IMG/VR virus record: IMGVR_UViG_3300046786_000121
Coordinates: 31,829-95,828 of that record
Origin: a virus
Length of the DNA: 64,000 nt
Direction: 5' to 3' (one strand)
Below, piece after piece: positions 56,644 through 63,701 of this stretch. Both the position numbers and the translations under genes were made by a program. Each line of letters starts with the position of its first letter. Within the stretch, counting starts at the first letter, position 1. The notes beneath the pieces are model-generated. The model saw only the letters and a list, made by a program, of their open reading frames with translations, had not been told where the DNA came from and did not search any database.

Positions 56644-56672
56644 AATATAGCATCTCTGCTACCCTATGTCAA
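56644..56672 (-). promoter_or_regulatory. Early promoter cassette 9
   Basis: TTGACA-17-TATATT. Confidence 0.8.
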
Positions 56673-56676
56673 CCAA

Positions 56677-56856
56677 TTATTTTACCAAATTAGTCTGGAT
56701 CGTAACTGATTGTTTCTCGTCCAGGGCGGCGATGAATTCGTCGTCATAGACAAGATCCTGCATGGTGAGATCGATCATCGATTCCACCTTATCCATATCG
56801 GGAGTGCCCTCCCCGGCACACTCCACGGTGAATGTAAACTTATACTGGCGTGCCAT
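56677..56856 (-). CDS. Hypothetical early protein
   Basis: Start re-called to MARQYK after SD GGAGG. Confidence 0.7.
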   Translation of the reverse strand: MARQYKFTFTVECAGEGTPDMDKVESMIDLTMQDLVYDDEFIAALDEKQSVTIQTNLVK

Positions 56857-57457
56857 TCTTCGCCTCCACGCCGTCCTTAATCCACAAGGTGAGTTCTTCT
56901 TCGTTCTCACGCTCGTATTCTTCTAAGGTTGCCACGATATCGAATTCTTCGTCGAGTTCCTTTGGCAGGTCCACTTGTGCTTGCTTGCTACCGTTTGTGG
57001 TGTCGTAGCAGTCGTCCGAGCCATCCTCGTAGATACCTGCATACTCACAGCCTTCGCCCATATACAAGCAACGGACTTCGTAACCTTGGCTAACCATTGT
57101 GTCAAATGCGGCAATGGGTGGGCTCCACGCTGTTTGACAGTGCAGGACAATGGTGTTATCATCCATCCGCGTGTAACCTACTTCACAGAGATCCCACTTG
57201 GTGCCCCAATGCGTAATGTTCCAATCATACCAGCTGGAGAAGCCGTATTTGGCTACCATAGCCGCTTTCTTCTTCTCGCGAGCAGCCTGCTCTGGACCGT
57301 GTCCCCAAGTCGTTAAATCATCATCGACAAGTTCTTGGGGGCAAGGAATGATCGTCTGCAGAACCCCGACGTTGTTGTCGTGCGTTGCTTCAATTGCGTC
57401 GATCAAGGCTTTGTCAGCGTGTTTGATCGTGATGTTATTTGTGGTCCAATTAGGCAT
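56840..57457 (-). CDS. YubB/DUF1281 ferredoxin-like family protein
   Basis: MPNW..N.I.I, WYDWN..HWGTKWD, TAWSPP. Confidence 0.8.
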   Translation of the reverse strand: MPNWTTNNITIKHADKALIDAIEATHDNNVGVLQTIIPCPQELVDDDLTTWGHGPEQAAREKKKAAMVAKYGFSSWYDWNITHWGTKWDLCEVGYTRMDDNTIVLHCQTAWSPPIAAFDTMVSQGYEVRCLYMGEGCEYAGIYEDGSDDCYDTTNGSKQAQVDLPKELDEEFDIVATLEEYERENEEELTLWIKDGVEAKNGTPV

Positions 57458-57466
57458 CTCGGTTCC

Positions 57467-57649
57467 TTAGTTCAGTGAATCAATCATCTTGTTGAAAGTC
57501 TCGTCACCCCACTTGCGGCCCTGATAAGAGCAGATACCGCCAATGCGTTCCAGAGTGTTAATCTTCTCTGCATCAGTTGCATCGCTACGCATGATCTCTG
57601 CGGCTCTCTCTAACTGTTGCGCGACTGTGAGTTGTTGATCCTGTGTCAA
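57467..57649 (-). CDS. Hypothetical early protein
   Basis: TTG start with SD AAGGAG and own promoter. Confidence 0.7.
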   Translation of the reverse strand: MTQDQQLTVAQQLERAAEIMRSDATDAEKINTLERIGGICSYQGRKWGDETFNKMIDSLN

Positions 57650-57677
57650 TTGACTCTCCTTGTTAATCTATGCGTTA

Positions 57678-57706
57678 AGTATACAGCCAAAACGCATAGA
57701 TGTCAA
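57678..57706 (-). promoter_or_regulatory. Early promoter cassette 10
   Basis: TTGACA-17-TATACT; 11-bp inverted repeat around the -10. Confidence 0.88.
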
Positions 57707-57711
57707 CCAAA

Positions 57712-58038
57712 TTATGCCCCTTGATACAATTCGGCAGCGTTTACTGCGTATCCCATCAAGGCATCCTGTACAAGCTCGACGGCTTTGTAGCTTGTGCCAC
57801 CAATGTGCCATTCGCATTTGTGCAGGGGTGTGCTATACTGCTTCCAGTCGTAGATCGTTGCTACTGTGCCGTCTTCGCCTACGAGAATCCACTCTTGCGT
57901 AGTCTTATCGCCGCCACCTAAGCTGTCGCCGAACGTGGCAACCAGTGTTGCGAAGTCAGTTGTGATATAGCCTTGCAGGTGTGTGCCGTTGATCGAGTCG
58001 AAGTTGTCCTGGACTGTGTAAGTTGCATTGCGTGACAT
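57712..58038 (-). CDS. Hypothetical early protein
   Basis: GT.LQGYI...GDK...EW...ATIYDWK...WHIGG; start re-called. Confidence 0.8.
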   Translation of the reverse strand: MSRNATYTVQDNFDSINGTHLQGYITTDFATLVATFGDSLGGGDKTTQEWILVGEDGTVATIYDWKQYSTPLHKCEWHIGGTSYKAVELVQDALMGYAVNAAELYQGA

Positions 58039-58068
58039 GTCAGCTCCTATTGCGTTGTTGATGTATAG

Positions 58069-58097
58069 ATTATACAACCAAAATGCGTTGCTGTCAA
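58069..58097 (-). promoter_or_regulatory. Early promoter cassette 11
   Basis: TTGACA-17-TATAAT. Confidence 0.9.
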
Positions 58098-58504
58098 CCC
58101 AAAATGTAGGGTTTATTCCAGCGTCCCACGTTCACGTCAATGTAGTAAGCGGTATCGAAGTAGTCTGTCATCGCATCGCTGCGATCGTACCACTCATTGC
58201 CTTTTGCTGCTGCGAAGAGTTCAGTGAGGAACGCCTTGCAGTCGCCGGTGAAGTGCTCGTGGAACCAATAGGGGTTCACATCAATGGAATCCTTGGCAAT
58301 ATGAAGACGACGATCGCCTACAGGATCACGAGCCAGCGTTTCAGCATTGTAGTTGCCGATGAAGTCCAGCTTTCCCTGCTTGATGTTGATCATCAATGTG
58401 CTGTGATGATGAACTGCTAGGCTTGCTTTGACACCGTACTTTGTGCAGACTGCTTTGATTGCGGGTGCCAGCTTTGCCTTACGCTCTTGACTCATGTATG
58501 CCAT
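58094..58504 (-). CDS. Hypothetical early protein
   Basis: SD GGAG; D.SDAMTDYF..AYY.DVN.GRW.KPY. Confidence 0.85.
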   Translation of the reverse strand: MAYMSQERKAKLAPAIKAVCTKYGVKASLAVHHHSTLMINIKQGKLDFIGNYNAETLARDPVGDRRLHIAKDSIDVNPYWFHEHFTGDCKAFLTELFAAAKGNEWYDRSDAMTDYFDTAYYIDVNVGRWNKPYILG

Positions 58505-58535
58505 AGTTCGCTCCTATTGCGTTGTTGATGTGTAG

Positions 58536-58564
58536 ATTATACAACCAAAATCGTCAGTTGTCAA
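58536..58564 (-). promoter_or_regulatory. Early promoter cassette 12
   Basis: TTGACA-17-TATAAT. Confidence 0.9.
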
Positions 58565-58800
58565 GCCATTTCTTTGTAGACTTTGTAGCCCCTAGTCTGC
58601 AGAGTGTAGATTGCCTTGCGAATCTCAGAGGCTTTTGTGTCCTCCCAGTCCAGCATCTCCTTGGCAGCTTTGATAGTGTCATCATCACTGAACTCGCCGA
58701 AGTAGTAATGCTGATATCGATAGAACTTCTTCCCGTCCTCGTCCTTGAGCATCTGAATGGTGCCAATGCCCTTGTAGTCTACAATCTCGTTGAGTTTCAT
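58561..58800 (-). CDS. Hypothetical early protein
   Basis: SD AGGAG. Confidence 0.75.
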   Translation of the reverse strand: MKLNEIVDYKGIGTIQMLKDEDGKKFYRYQHYYFGEFSDDDTIKAAKEMLDWEDTKASEIRKAIYTLQTRGYKVYKEMA

Positions 58801-58801
58801 G

Positions 58802-58987
58802 TTATGCTCCTACGGGTGCGAACATCTTACGTCCCTCACGCATGAACGTGCGGATTGCGGCAGCTTCACGATTGTCCAGCTCATCGTTGTCCAGCTGTTC
58901 CTTCATGACAATAACCATGTCCAGCAGGCTCATACCGTATACGGCTCGCTTGTCTTCGATGATCTTGATTGCTTGCTTGATGTCCAC
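58802..58987 (-). CDS. Hypothetical early protein
   Basis: GTG start after SD AAGGAG. Confidence 0.7.
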   Translation of the reverse strand: MDIKQAIKIIEDKRAVYGMSLLDMVIVMKEQLDNDELDNREAAAIRTFMREGRKMFAPVGA

Positions 58988-59016
58988 GTCACGCTCCTTT
59001 GTGTTAGTATGACTCA

Positions 59017-59045
59017 ATTGTAATACCAAAAGGGGCTGTTGTCAA
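59017..59045 (-). promoter_or_regulatory. Early promoter cassette 13
   Basis: TTGACA-17-TACAAT; AAAGGGG/CCCCTTT around the -35. Confidence 0.85.
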
Positions 59046-59057
59046 CCCCTTTCAGAA

Positions 59058-59399
59058 TTACTTGCGTGTCACACGATAGATCGTTCCCTGCGCTGTAACT
59101 ACCTTCTCAGCACCTGCTGCCGCGAACATCTGTTCAATGTTGCTTGCTTCGCGTGTTAAACGATCTGCCGCTGTGGGCTTGTCGATCTTAACAGTGTAAA
59201 ACTTATCCCGGTAAGTGAGATAGACTTTGCTACGCATGAATGCCGAGCGTGTCAGTTCATGCAGTGCGTCTGCTTGCTGTTGTTGTGCTGTTGTGTAAAG
59301 TTGCTTCGATACAATGCTGCGGCGCTGTGCGTCCAAATACGCTGCCTGCTTGCTGTATTGTGTCTTAGCCGCTTGTGTGTCTAAATCTTTGCTTTGCAT
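59058..59399 (-). CDS. Hypothetical early protein
   Basis: SD GGAG; extended -10 TGTTATACT at 59439-59447. Confidence 0.75.
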   Translation of the reverse strand: MQSKDLDTQAAKTQYSKQAAYLDAQRRSIVSKQLYTTAQQQQADALHELTRSAFMRSKVYLTYRDKFYTVKIDKPTAADRLTREASNIEQMFAAAGAEKVVTAQGTIYRVTRK

Positions 59400-59489
59400 A
59401 TTGCGCTCCATTTAGTCCCTGCCTATTGCAGTGTCTCTAGTATAACACCATTTCGCAAAACTTTACCGAAAAATTAAAAAATATTTTGG

Positions 59490-59518
59490 TTGACATTTTG
59501 GACAGATGACCTTATAAT
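59490..59518 (+). promoter_or_regulatory. Inverted copy of the early promoter cassette
   Basis: ttggTTGACAttttggaca...TATAATagagtcat, 17-bp spacer. Confidence 0.88.
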
Positions 59519-59524
59519 AGAGTC

Positions 59525-59620
59525 ATAGGTTCGAAGGCTATCCCCGGGGTGGACGTCGAGGGCCACCGTGTGTGTCTCACGGTGCTGAAGGCAAAAAAAG
59601 GGCCCCGAAGGGCCCTAAAC
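59525..59620 (+). ncRNA. Candidate structured small RNA
   Basis: Strong promoter, no SD-led ORF, several GC-rich hairpins. Confidence 0.45.
59593..59616 (-). terminator. Intrinsic terminator
   Basis: AGGGCCC-TTCG-GGGCCCT plus U-tract on the minus strand. Confidence 0.9.
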
Positions 59621-59638
59621 CAACCACCAGGAGAAACC

Positions 59639-59815
59639 TTAGCTGTTCACAGTCTCGAACGGACTGAGCTCTTCGCTGTCCGCCACGCCCATGTCTTCGA
59701 GTGCGGCAAGCACTGTCTCGATGCTACACTCTAAGAGTGTTGCAATCATCTTAGCACTGTGGCCCTCGATGTAGAGTTCTTGAATGTCATACGACAGGTC
59801 TTTAATTGCGCTCAT
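59639..59815 (-). CDS. 58-aa HTH-like protein (not in ORF track)
   Basis: MSAIKDLSYDIQELYIEGHSAKMIATLLECSIETV...; SD AAGGA; ATGA coupling. Confidence 0.75.
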   Translation of the reverse strand: MSAIKDLSYDIQELYIEGHSAKMIATLLECSIETVLAALEDMGVADSEELSPFETVNS

Positions 59816-60042
59816 ACTGTTTCCTTTGATTTGACAAATATTACTAGATCATCTTGTGATACACGCTCATCGACACTCCACTCATCATCGTAGTAATCGA
59901 TCCATTGACGAAGTGCGGGTTCGTCATTATCGACTTCTCCGTTAAAGCCGAGCTCTAGAGCCTCTTCTTCTGTATCAGCCTCTACCCAGTATGATTCCTG
60001 GATAAGGCTGGTACGGCTCAATAAGAACTTATACTTCTTCAC
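59812..60042 (-). CDS. Hypothetical early protein
   Basis: VEADTEEEA motif; GTGA coupling. Confidence 0.7.
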   Translation of the reverse strand: MKKYKFLLSRTSLIQESYWVEADTEEEALELGFNGEVDNDEPALRQWIDYYDDEWSVDERVSQDDLVIFVKSKETV

Positions 60043-60167
60043 TTGGCAAGTTCGGTGCTCTGAGTCTTGACAGTATCAACGCCCTTGTCTAACATACGAG
60101 CGATGCCACTGAAGCCTACTGTTGCCAATACTAGTCCAAAGACTGTGCCTGCGATGAATGCTTTCAT
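60039..60167 (-). CDS. 42-aa membrane peptide (not in ORF track)
   Basis: MKAFIAGTVFGLVLATVGFSGIARMLDKGV...; SD AGGAG. Confidence 0.75.
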   Translation of the reverse strand: MKAFIAGTVFGLVLATVGFSGIARMLDKGVDTVKTQSTELAK

Positions 60168-60301
60168 GATTGCTCCTGTGAAGACTTCTTAGAGAACTTC
60201 CACTTGATGAACTGGAAGGCTGTTTGAACAAGACCTATGCGCCAAGCCCACATAAGATCCATAACTACCATACCAACTACGAATGCTACGATGATTTCCA
60301 T
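60164..60301 (-). CDS. Small membrane peptide
   Basis: Start re-called to MEIIVAF after SD AAGGAG. Confidence 0.7.
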   Translation of the reverse strand: MEIIVAFVVGMVVMDLMWAWRIGLVQTAFQFIKWKFSKKSSQEQS

Positions 60302-60329
60302 ATCAGCTCCTTTGTGTGTGTATGCGTGT

Positions 60330-60358
60330 ATTATATGCTCATTACGTGCGCTTGTCAA
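60330..60358 (-). promoter_or_regulatory. Early promoter cassette 14
   Basis: TTGACA-17-TATAAT. Confidence 0.9.
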
Positions 60359-60395
60359 GCACATTAGCAGCGGGGCCTACAGCCCCATGCCCTTT

Positions 60396-61607
60396 TTAGC
60401 CTGCGTCTTTCTCGTAGATAACAGTCTGTCCAAAGGGTGCTTCTGCGTCTGTGTTGCCTTTGACAATGAAGATAGTATCTACTTGATCCTCAGGACCCCA
60501 ACTGCCGCAAGGGTAGCCGTCTGTGAACATAATGAACTTCTTAGCCTCAATGCCTTCGTCAAGCATGAACTGGAAGTTAATATCAAAGTCAGTGCCGCCA
60601 CCGCCTTGAGGTTCGTAGTCCAAGAGGTCCAAACTGTTGTCTTGAGTAATCTTGACATAGTTGTAGATCTGTGTATCAAAGCACCACAGGTGAATACTGA
60701 AGTCCTCGTACTGGTCCATGATACCTTTAACTTCGCTGAGGAAGGTAGAAGCATCTTCTGTGCCAATACTGCCCGACATATCAACTGCAATAGCCACGTC
60801 AATAGTAGTATCCTGACGCATACCTGGGAGGATTGCGCCGCTGTGCATACTCTTACGATTAGGGCGAGTGAAGCTGTAATCGTTGCGGATAATGCTTTGG
60901 ATCTCTTGACGGATCAACTGGCGCCAGCTAATCTTAGGCTCAGTCATGTCCTTGATCAAACGCTGGATACCTGCGGGCACTTTACCTGCGCCAGCGGCAC
61001 TTGCACTCTGCACCATTGCTTCTTTGATCTCATCACGGATGCGTTGTGCGTCTTCCTTAGAGATAGTAGGGCGTCCGCCTTTGCCTTTCTCGCCTTCTTC
61101 ACCTTCACCGCCTGGGCTGTTGCCGTCCTCGTTGATGTGTTCGTCCAGCAAGTCGCCGAGCTGTTGCAAGAGTTGAGGCATACTGATCTTCTCTGCTTTA
61201 TCGTAGAGCTCGTCGTAGATCTCTTCCCATGCCATGCCACGATACTTGTTATCCTGGCAAATCTTTACTTCAGTAATCTTGTCGCCGATGCGCTCGTCTA
61301 CAAGGATCTGATTGACAGCAAAGTCCTGCGCGATGTTACTCAGTTGACGATCGCGGCTACCAACACGCCCAAAGTGATCAAACACGCAGTGGCAGATCTC
61401 GTGTCCGAACAAGAACTCCAGCTTCTTAATGCTGAGCTTTTGCACGAACTTGGTGTTGTAATAGAAGTCGCGTCCGTTAGTAGCGGCAGTAGGACACCAG
61501 TCGTCTGCTTCGATAAGACGCATACGAGTTGCCATGTTGCCAAAGAAAGGCGCTTTGAGTAGCAAGCCTACTCGGGCTGTGGTTAGTTTCTCGACGATTG
61601 GATCCAT
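60396..61607 (-). CDS. DUF2201-type metallopeptidase-like + VWA domain protein
   Basis: TAATNG, HEICH (HExxH), VDMSGS MIDAS, GGGGTDF, FTDGY. Confidence 0.92.
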   Translation of the reverse strand: MDPIVEKLTTARVGLLLKAPFFGNMATRMRLIEADDWCPTAATNGRDFYYNTKFVQKLSIKKLEFLFGHEICHCVFDHFGRVGSRDRQLSNIAQDFAVNQILVDERIGDKITEVKICQDNKYRGMAWEEIYDELYDKAEKISMPQLLQQLGDLLDEHINEDGNSPGGEGEEGEKGKGGRPTISKEDAQRIRDEIKEAMVQSASAAGAGKVPAGIQRLIKDMTEPKISWRQLIRQEIQSIIRNDYSFTRPNRKSMHSGAILPGMRQDTTIDVAIAVDMSGSIGTEDASTFLSEVKGIMDQYEDFSIHLWCFDTQIYNYVKITQDNSLDLLDYEPQGGGGTDFDINFQFMLDEGIEAKKFIMFTDGYPCGSWGPEDQVDTIFIVKGNTDAEAPFGQTVIYEKDAG

Positions 61608-61639
61608 GTTTCGCTTCCTAGTGTTGTCTGTATGTATAT

Positions 61640-61668
61640 ATTATACAATCAGACGTTGCCTCTGTCAA
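61640..61668 (-). promoter_or_regulatory. Early promoter cassette 15
   Basis: TTGACA-17-TATAAT, abutting a terminator. Confidence 0.9.
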
Positions 61669-61670
61669 CC

Positions 61671-61707
61671 AAAAAAGGAGGGAGAGTGAACCTAAATCCA
61701 CTCTCCC
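61671..61707 (-). terminator. Intrinsic terminator
   Basis: GGGAGAGTG/CACTCTCCC stem plus U6. Confidence 0.8.
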
Positions 61708-61716
61708 CTGCAATGG

Positions 61717-62822
61717 GCGAGGTCTTAATTCTCCATTGCAGAAAGCACATACTTACCAAAACGCTTGTGGAATTCGTCGAATGACTTCATCTTAGTAGCG
61801 TCGAAGGGCAAGTTATAGTTAGTCAAGCCAGTCTTGGCACCCATCACAACCAGCTCGGTTGGGAAGTTGTCCATCATGTAACGGAAGAAGCAGTCTGCCA
61901 TTTCGTCAAACTTCTTGTTCTTCTTCTCTGCTTGATCCTTGAGCTCGTAGCACAATGACACGGTCAAGGAATACATCGCTGAGACTTCCTTAATCTGCAA
62001 GTCTTTAACCTTGCCTTCAAGGATGTCAATTGCCTTAGGCAAACGACCTGCAATCTTGCGGTGAGCCATAAACTTAACAGCCAAGCCATCGCCAACAGCA
62101 CCAGCAACCAAGTTGTGGAGAGTGTCAATGTCAGTGTCGTCGTCTTTGAGCAAGTCGCTCACGAACACCCAAGAACGAGGAGTTGCGAATGCCTTGCTAG
62201 GACTCTTTGGATCAAAGTCATACAAGTCCTGCTTGGCAAAGCCCACATAACCAAGAACCTCAGGGTGGATTGCGTTCATAACAGCCCACTCTTGGAAGTC
62301 GTCAAAGTCAACCTTGGCTTCCAAGTGAATGAAGCGGTTAGCCAACGGAGCAGGCATACGGTATGTCACGCCACGATCGCCTTCACGGTTACCAGCGGCA
62401 ACCACGTCAACACCCTTAGGCAGTTCGTAGGTACCAACACGGCGGTTCAGGATCAACTGATATGCCGCGGCTTGCACAGCTGGAGGAGCGGAGTTAAGCT
62501 CGTCCAAGAAGATGATTGCTGTGGACTCAGGGTCTGTAGGCAGTTCAGCTGGGGGAGCCCAAACCATTGCGCCTTTGTCTGAGTTGTAATAAGGGATACC
62601 TTTGATGTCAGTAGGTTCCCACAATGCCAGACGCACGTCAACGACTTCGCGACCTGCATCTTCGCCAATTTGCTTGACGATATCGGATTTACCAATGCCT
62701 GGAGGACCCCACAGGAACACTGGACGGCGGGTGCCGATTGCTTTACGAATAGAACGCTTCGCGGCTTTTGGACCAACTTGGCGGACGGACATATCTGAAG
62801 ATTTTGCCATTTAAGACCTCGC
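61717..62822. repeat. Perfect 12-bp inverted repeat bracketing the MoxR gene
   Basis: GCGAGGTCTTAA at 61717-61728 and TTAAGACCTCGC at 62811-62822. Confidence 0.92.
61725..62810 (-). CDS. MoxR-family AAA+ ATPase
   Basis: WGPPGIGKS, IFLDELN, AAGNR, PLANRF, TPRSW. Confidence 0.93.
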   Translation of the reverse strand: MAKSSDMSVRQVGPKAAKRSIRKAIGTRRPVFLWGPPGIGKSDIVKQIGEDAGREVVDVRLALWEPTDIKGIPYYNSDKGAMVWAPPAELPTDPESTAIIFLDELNSAPPAVQAAAYQLILNRRVGTYELPKGVDVVAAGNREGDRGVTYRMPAPLANRFIHLEAKVDFDDFQEWAVMNAIHPEVLGYVGFAKQDLYDFDPKSPSKAFATPRSWVFVSDLLKDDDTDIDTLHNLVAGAVGDGLAVKFMAHRKIAGRLPKAIDILEGKVKDLQIKEVSAMYSLTVSLCYELKDQAEKKNKKFDEMADCFFRYMMDNFPTELVVMGAKTGLTNYNLPFDATKMKSFDEFHKRFGKYVLSAMEN

Positions 62823-62862
62823 TTTAAGAAAATTAAAAGTTACTGTGTTTCTCAGTGTCTAA

Positions 62863-62891
62863 AGTATAGCACCGAAGTGCCGTCCTGTCAA
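62863..62891 (-). promoter_or_regulatory. Early promoter cassette 16
   Basis: TTGACA-17-TATACT; GCAC-TTCG-GTGC in the spacer. Confidence 0.88.
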
Positions 62892-63640
62892 CCGGTTTTC
62901 TTCACATAATTCAACTGAGTAGTCTTGTCATCGCGTTGGGCTTTGATCTTAGCCTTGATGCGATGCTCTGAGTCCTTAGACAAGTCTGAGGGGAACCAGA
63001 AGTCAACAAACGATTCTCCCATGCGGGCCTGAATGCGATACTTATTGTATTCTTTGTTGAATCGTGTAGTGACAACAGTAATGTCGCCTACTATAGTGTC
63101 CCCTACATTCCCGGCGAGCTGTACGCTGCTGTAGACTTCACGCTTGACTTCTTGATTAACACGATCACGACGTGCGATGCTAGGGAGGCAACTGATGATT
63201 GCGAACTCCAGCATATTGCGTCCGGTGAACTGCTCGATGCAGGAAATCTTGTATGCCTGGGACTGGAACTCGTTGAGTCCGCCAGCGATAGCTTTCATTG
63301 TGTAGCTTGTGAAGTGTCTGCGATACTCTTCGCCTGCTTGACGATCTTCCTCAGTGACGAGGCTGAAGTCGTTCTTCTGTAGGCATTCGCGAACGATACG
63401 CTTGTTAGCACGTTTCGAGATCTCGGAAGTGTCTTGTCCTGTAACGATCCACTGATCCTCTTTGAGGTAGCCGCCATTGATACGATCAACTGCTGCTGCT
63501 AAGGCCCAGACATCTGCTGCTTGGAACACTGACGGGACTCTGACTTGAGTCATACGTGGCTCTTCGTAGTCGTCATCCTCGTGACCCAGACGCTGGATAT
63601 CACGTCTGCTCCATCCACTTACATCTACGAATCCTGGCAT
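62888..63640 (-). CDS. Hypothetical protein with OB-fold-like C-terminus
   Basis: SD AAGGAG; G.VGD.I...I.V...IKAKIK......T.LNYVK. Confidence 0.75.
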   Translation of the reverse strand: MPGFVDVSGWSRRDIQRLGHEDDDYEEPRMTQVRVPSVFQAADVWALAAAVDRINGGYLKEDQWIVTGQDTSEISKRANKRIVRECLQKNDFSLVTEEDRQAGEEYRRHFTSYTMKAIAGGLNEFQSQAYKISCIEQFTGRNMLEFAIISCLPSIARRDRVNQEVKREVYSSVQLAGNVGDTIVGDITVVTTRFNKEYNKYRIQARMGESFVDFWFPSDLSKDSEHRIKAKIKAQRDDKTTQLNYVKKTG

Positions 63641-63670
63641 ATCTCGCTCCTTGTTTTAAACAATAGCTCT

Positions 63671-63699
63671 ATTATATAGTCTAACTTAGAGTCTGTCAA
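63671..63699 (-). promoter_or_regulatory. Early promoter cassette 17
   Basis: TTGACA-17-TATAAT, abutting a terminator. Confidence 0.9.
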
Positions 63700-63701
63700 C
63701 C

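Noticed and set aside
59525-59600. tRNA suggested by GGTTCGAA
   Set aside because: The T-loop-like motif is at the 5' end with a mismatched closing pair; no cloverleaf or CCA
59553-59772. DGR template/variable repeat pair (both mismatches at A)
   Set aside because: Only 18 nt, inverted, and no reverse transcriptase in the window
60237-61562. 441-aa plus-strand ORF
   Set aside because: Antisense shadow of the VWA gene; no promoter, SD or motif, and expected from codon bias in the GC-richer region
52189-63699. Early repeats read as a CRISPR array or integron attC sites
   Set aside because: Spacing is irregular (160-1300 bp) and the gaps are genes. The repeats are promoter consensus, GTTGACA does not fit GTTRRRY, and no cas or integrase gene is in the window
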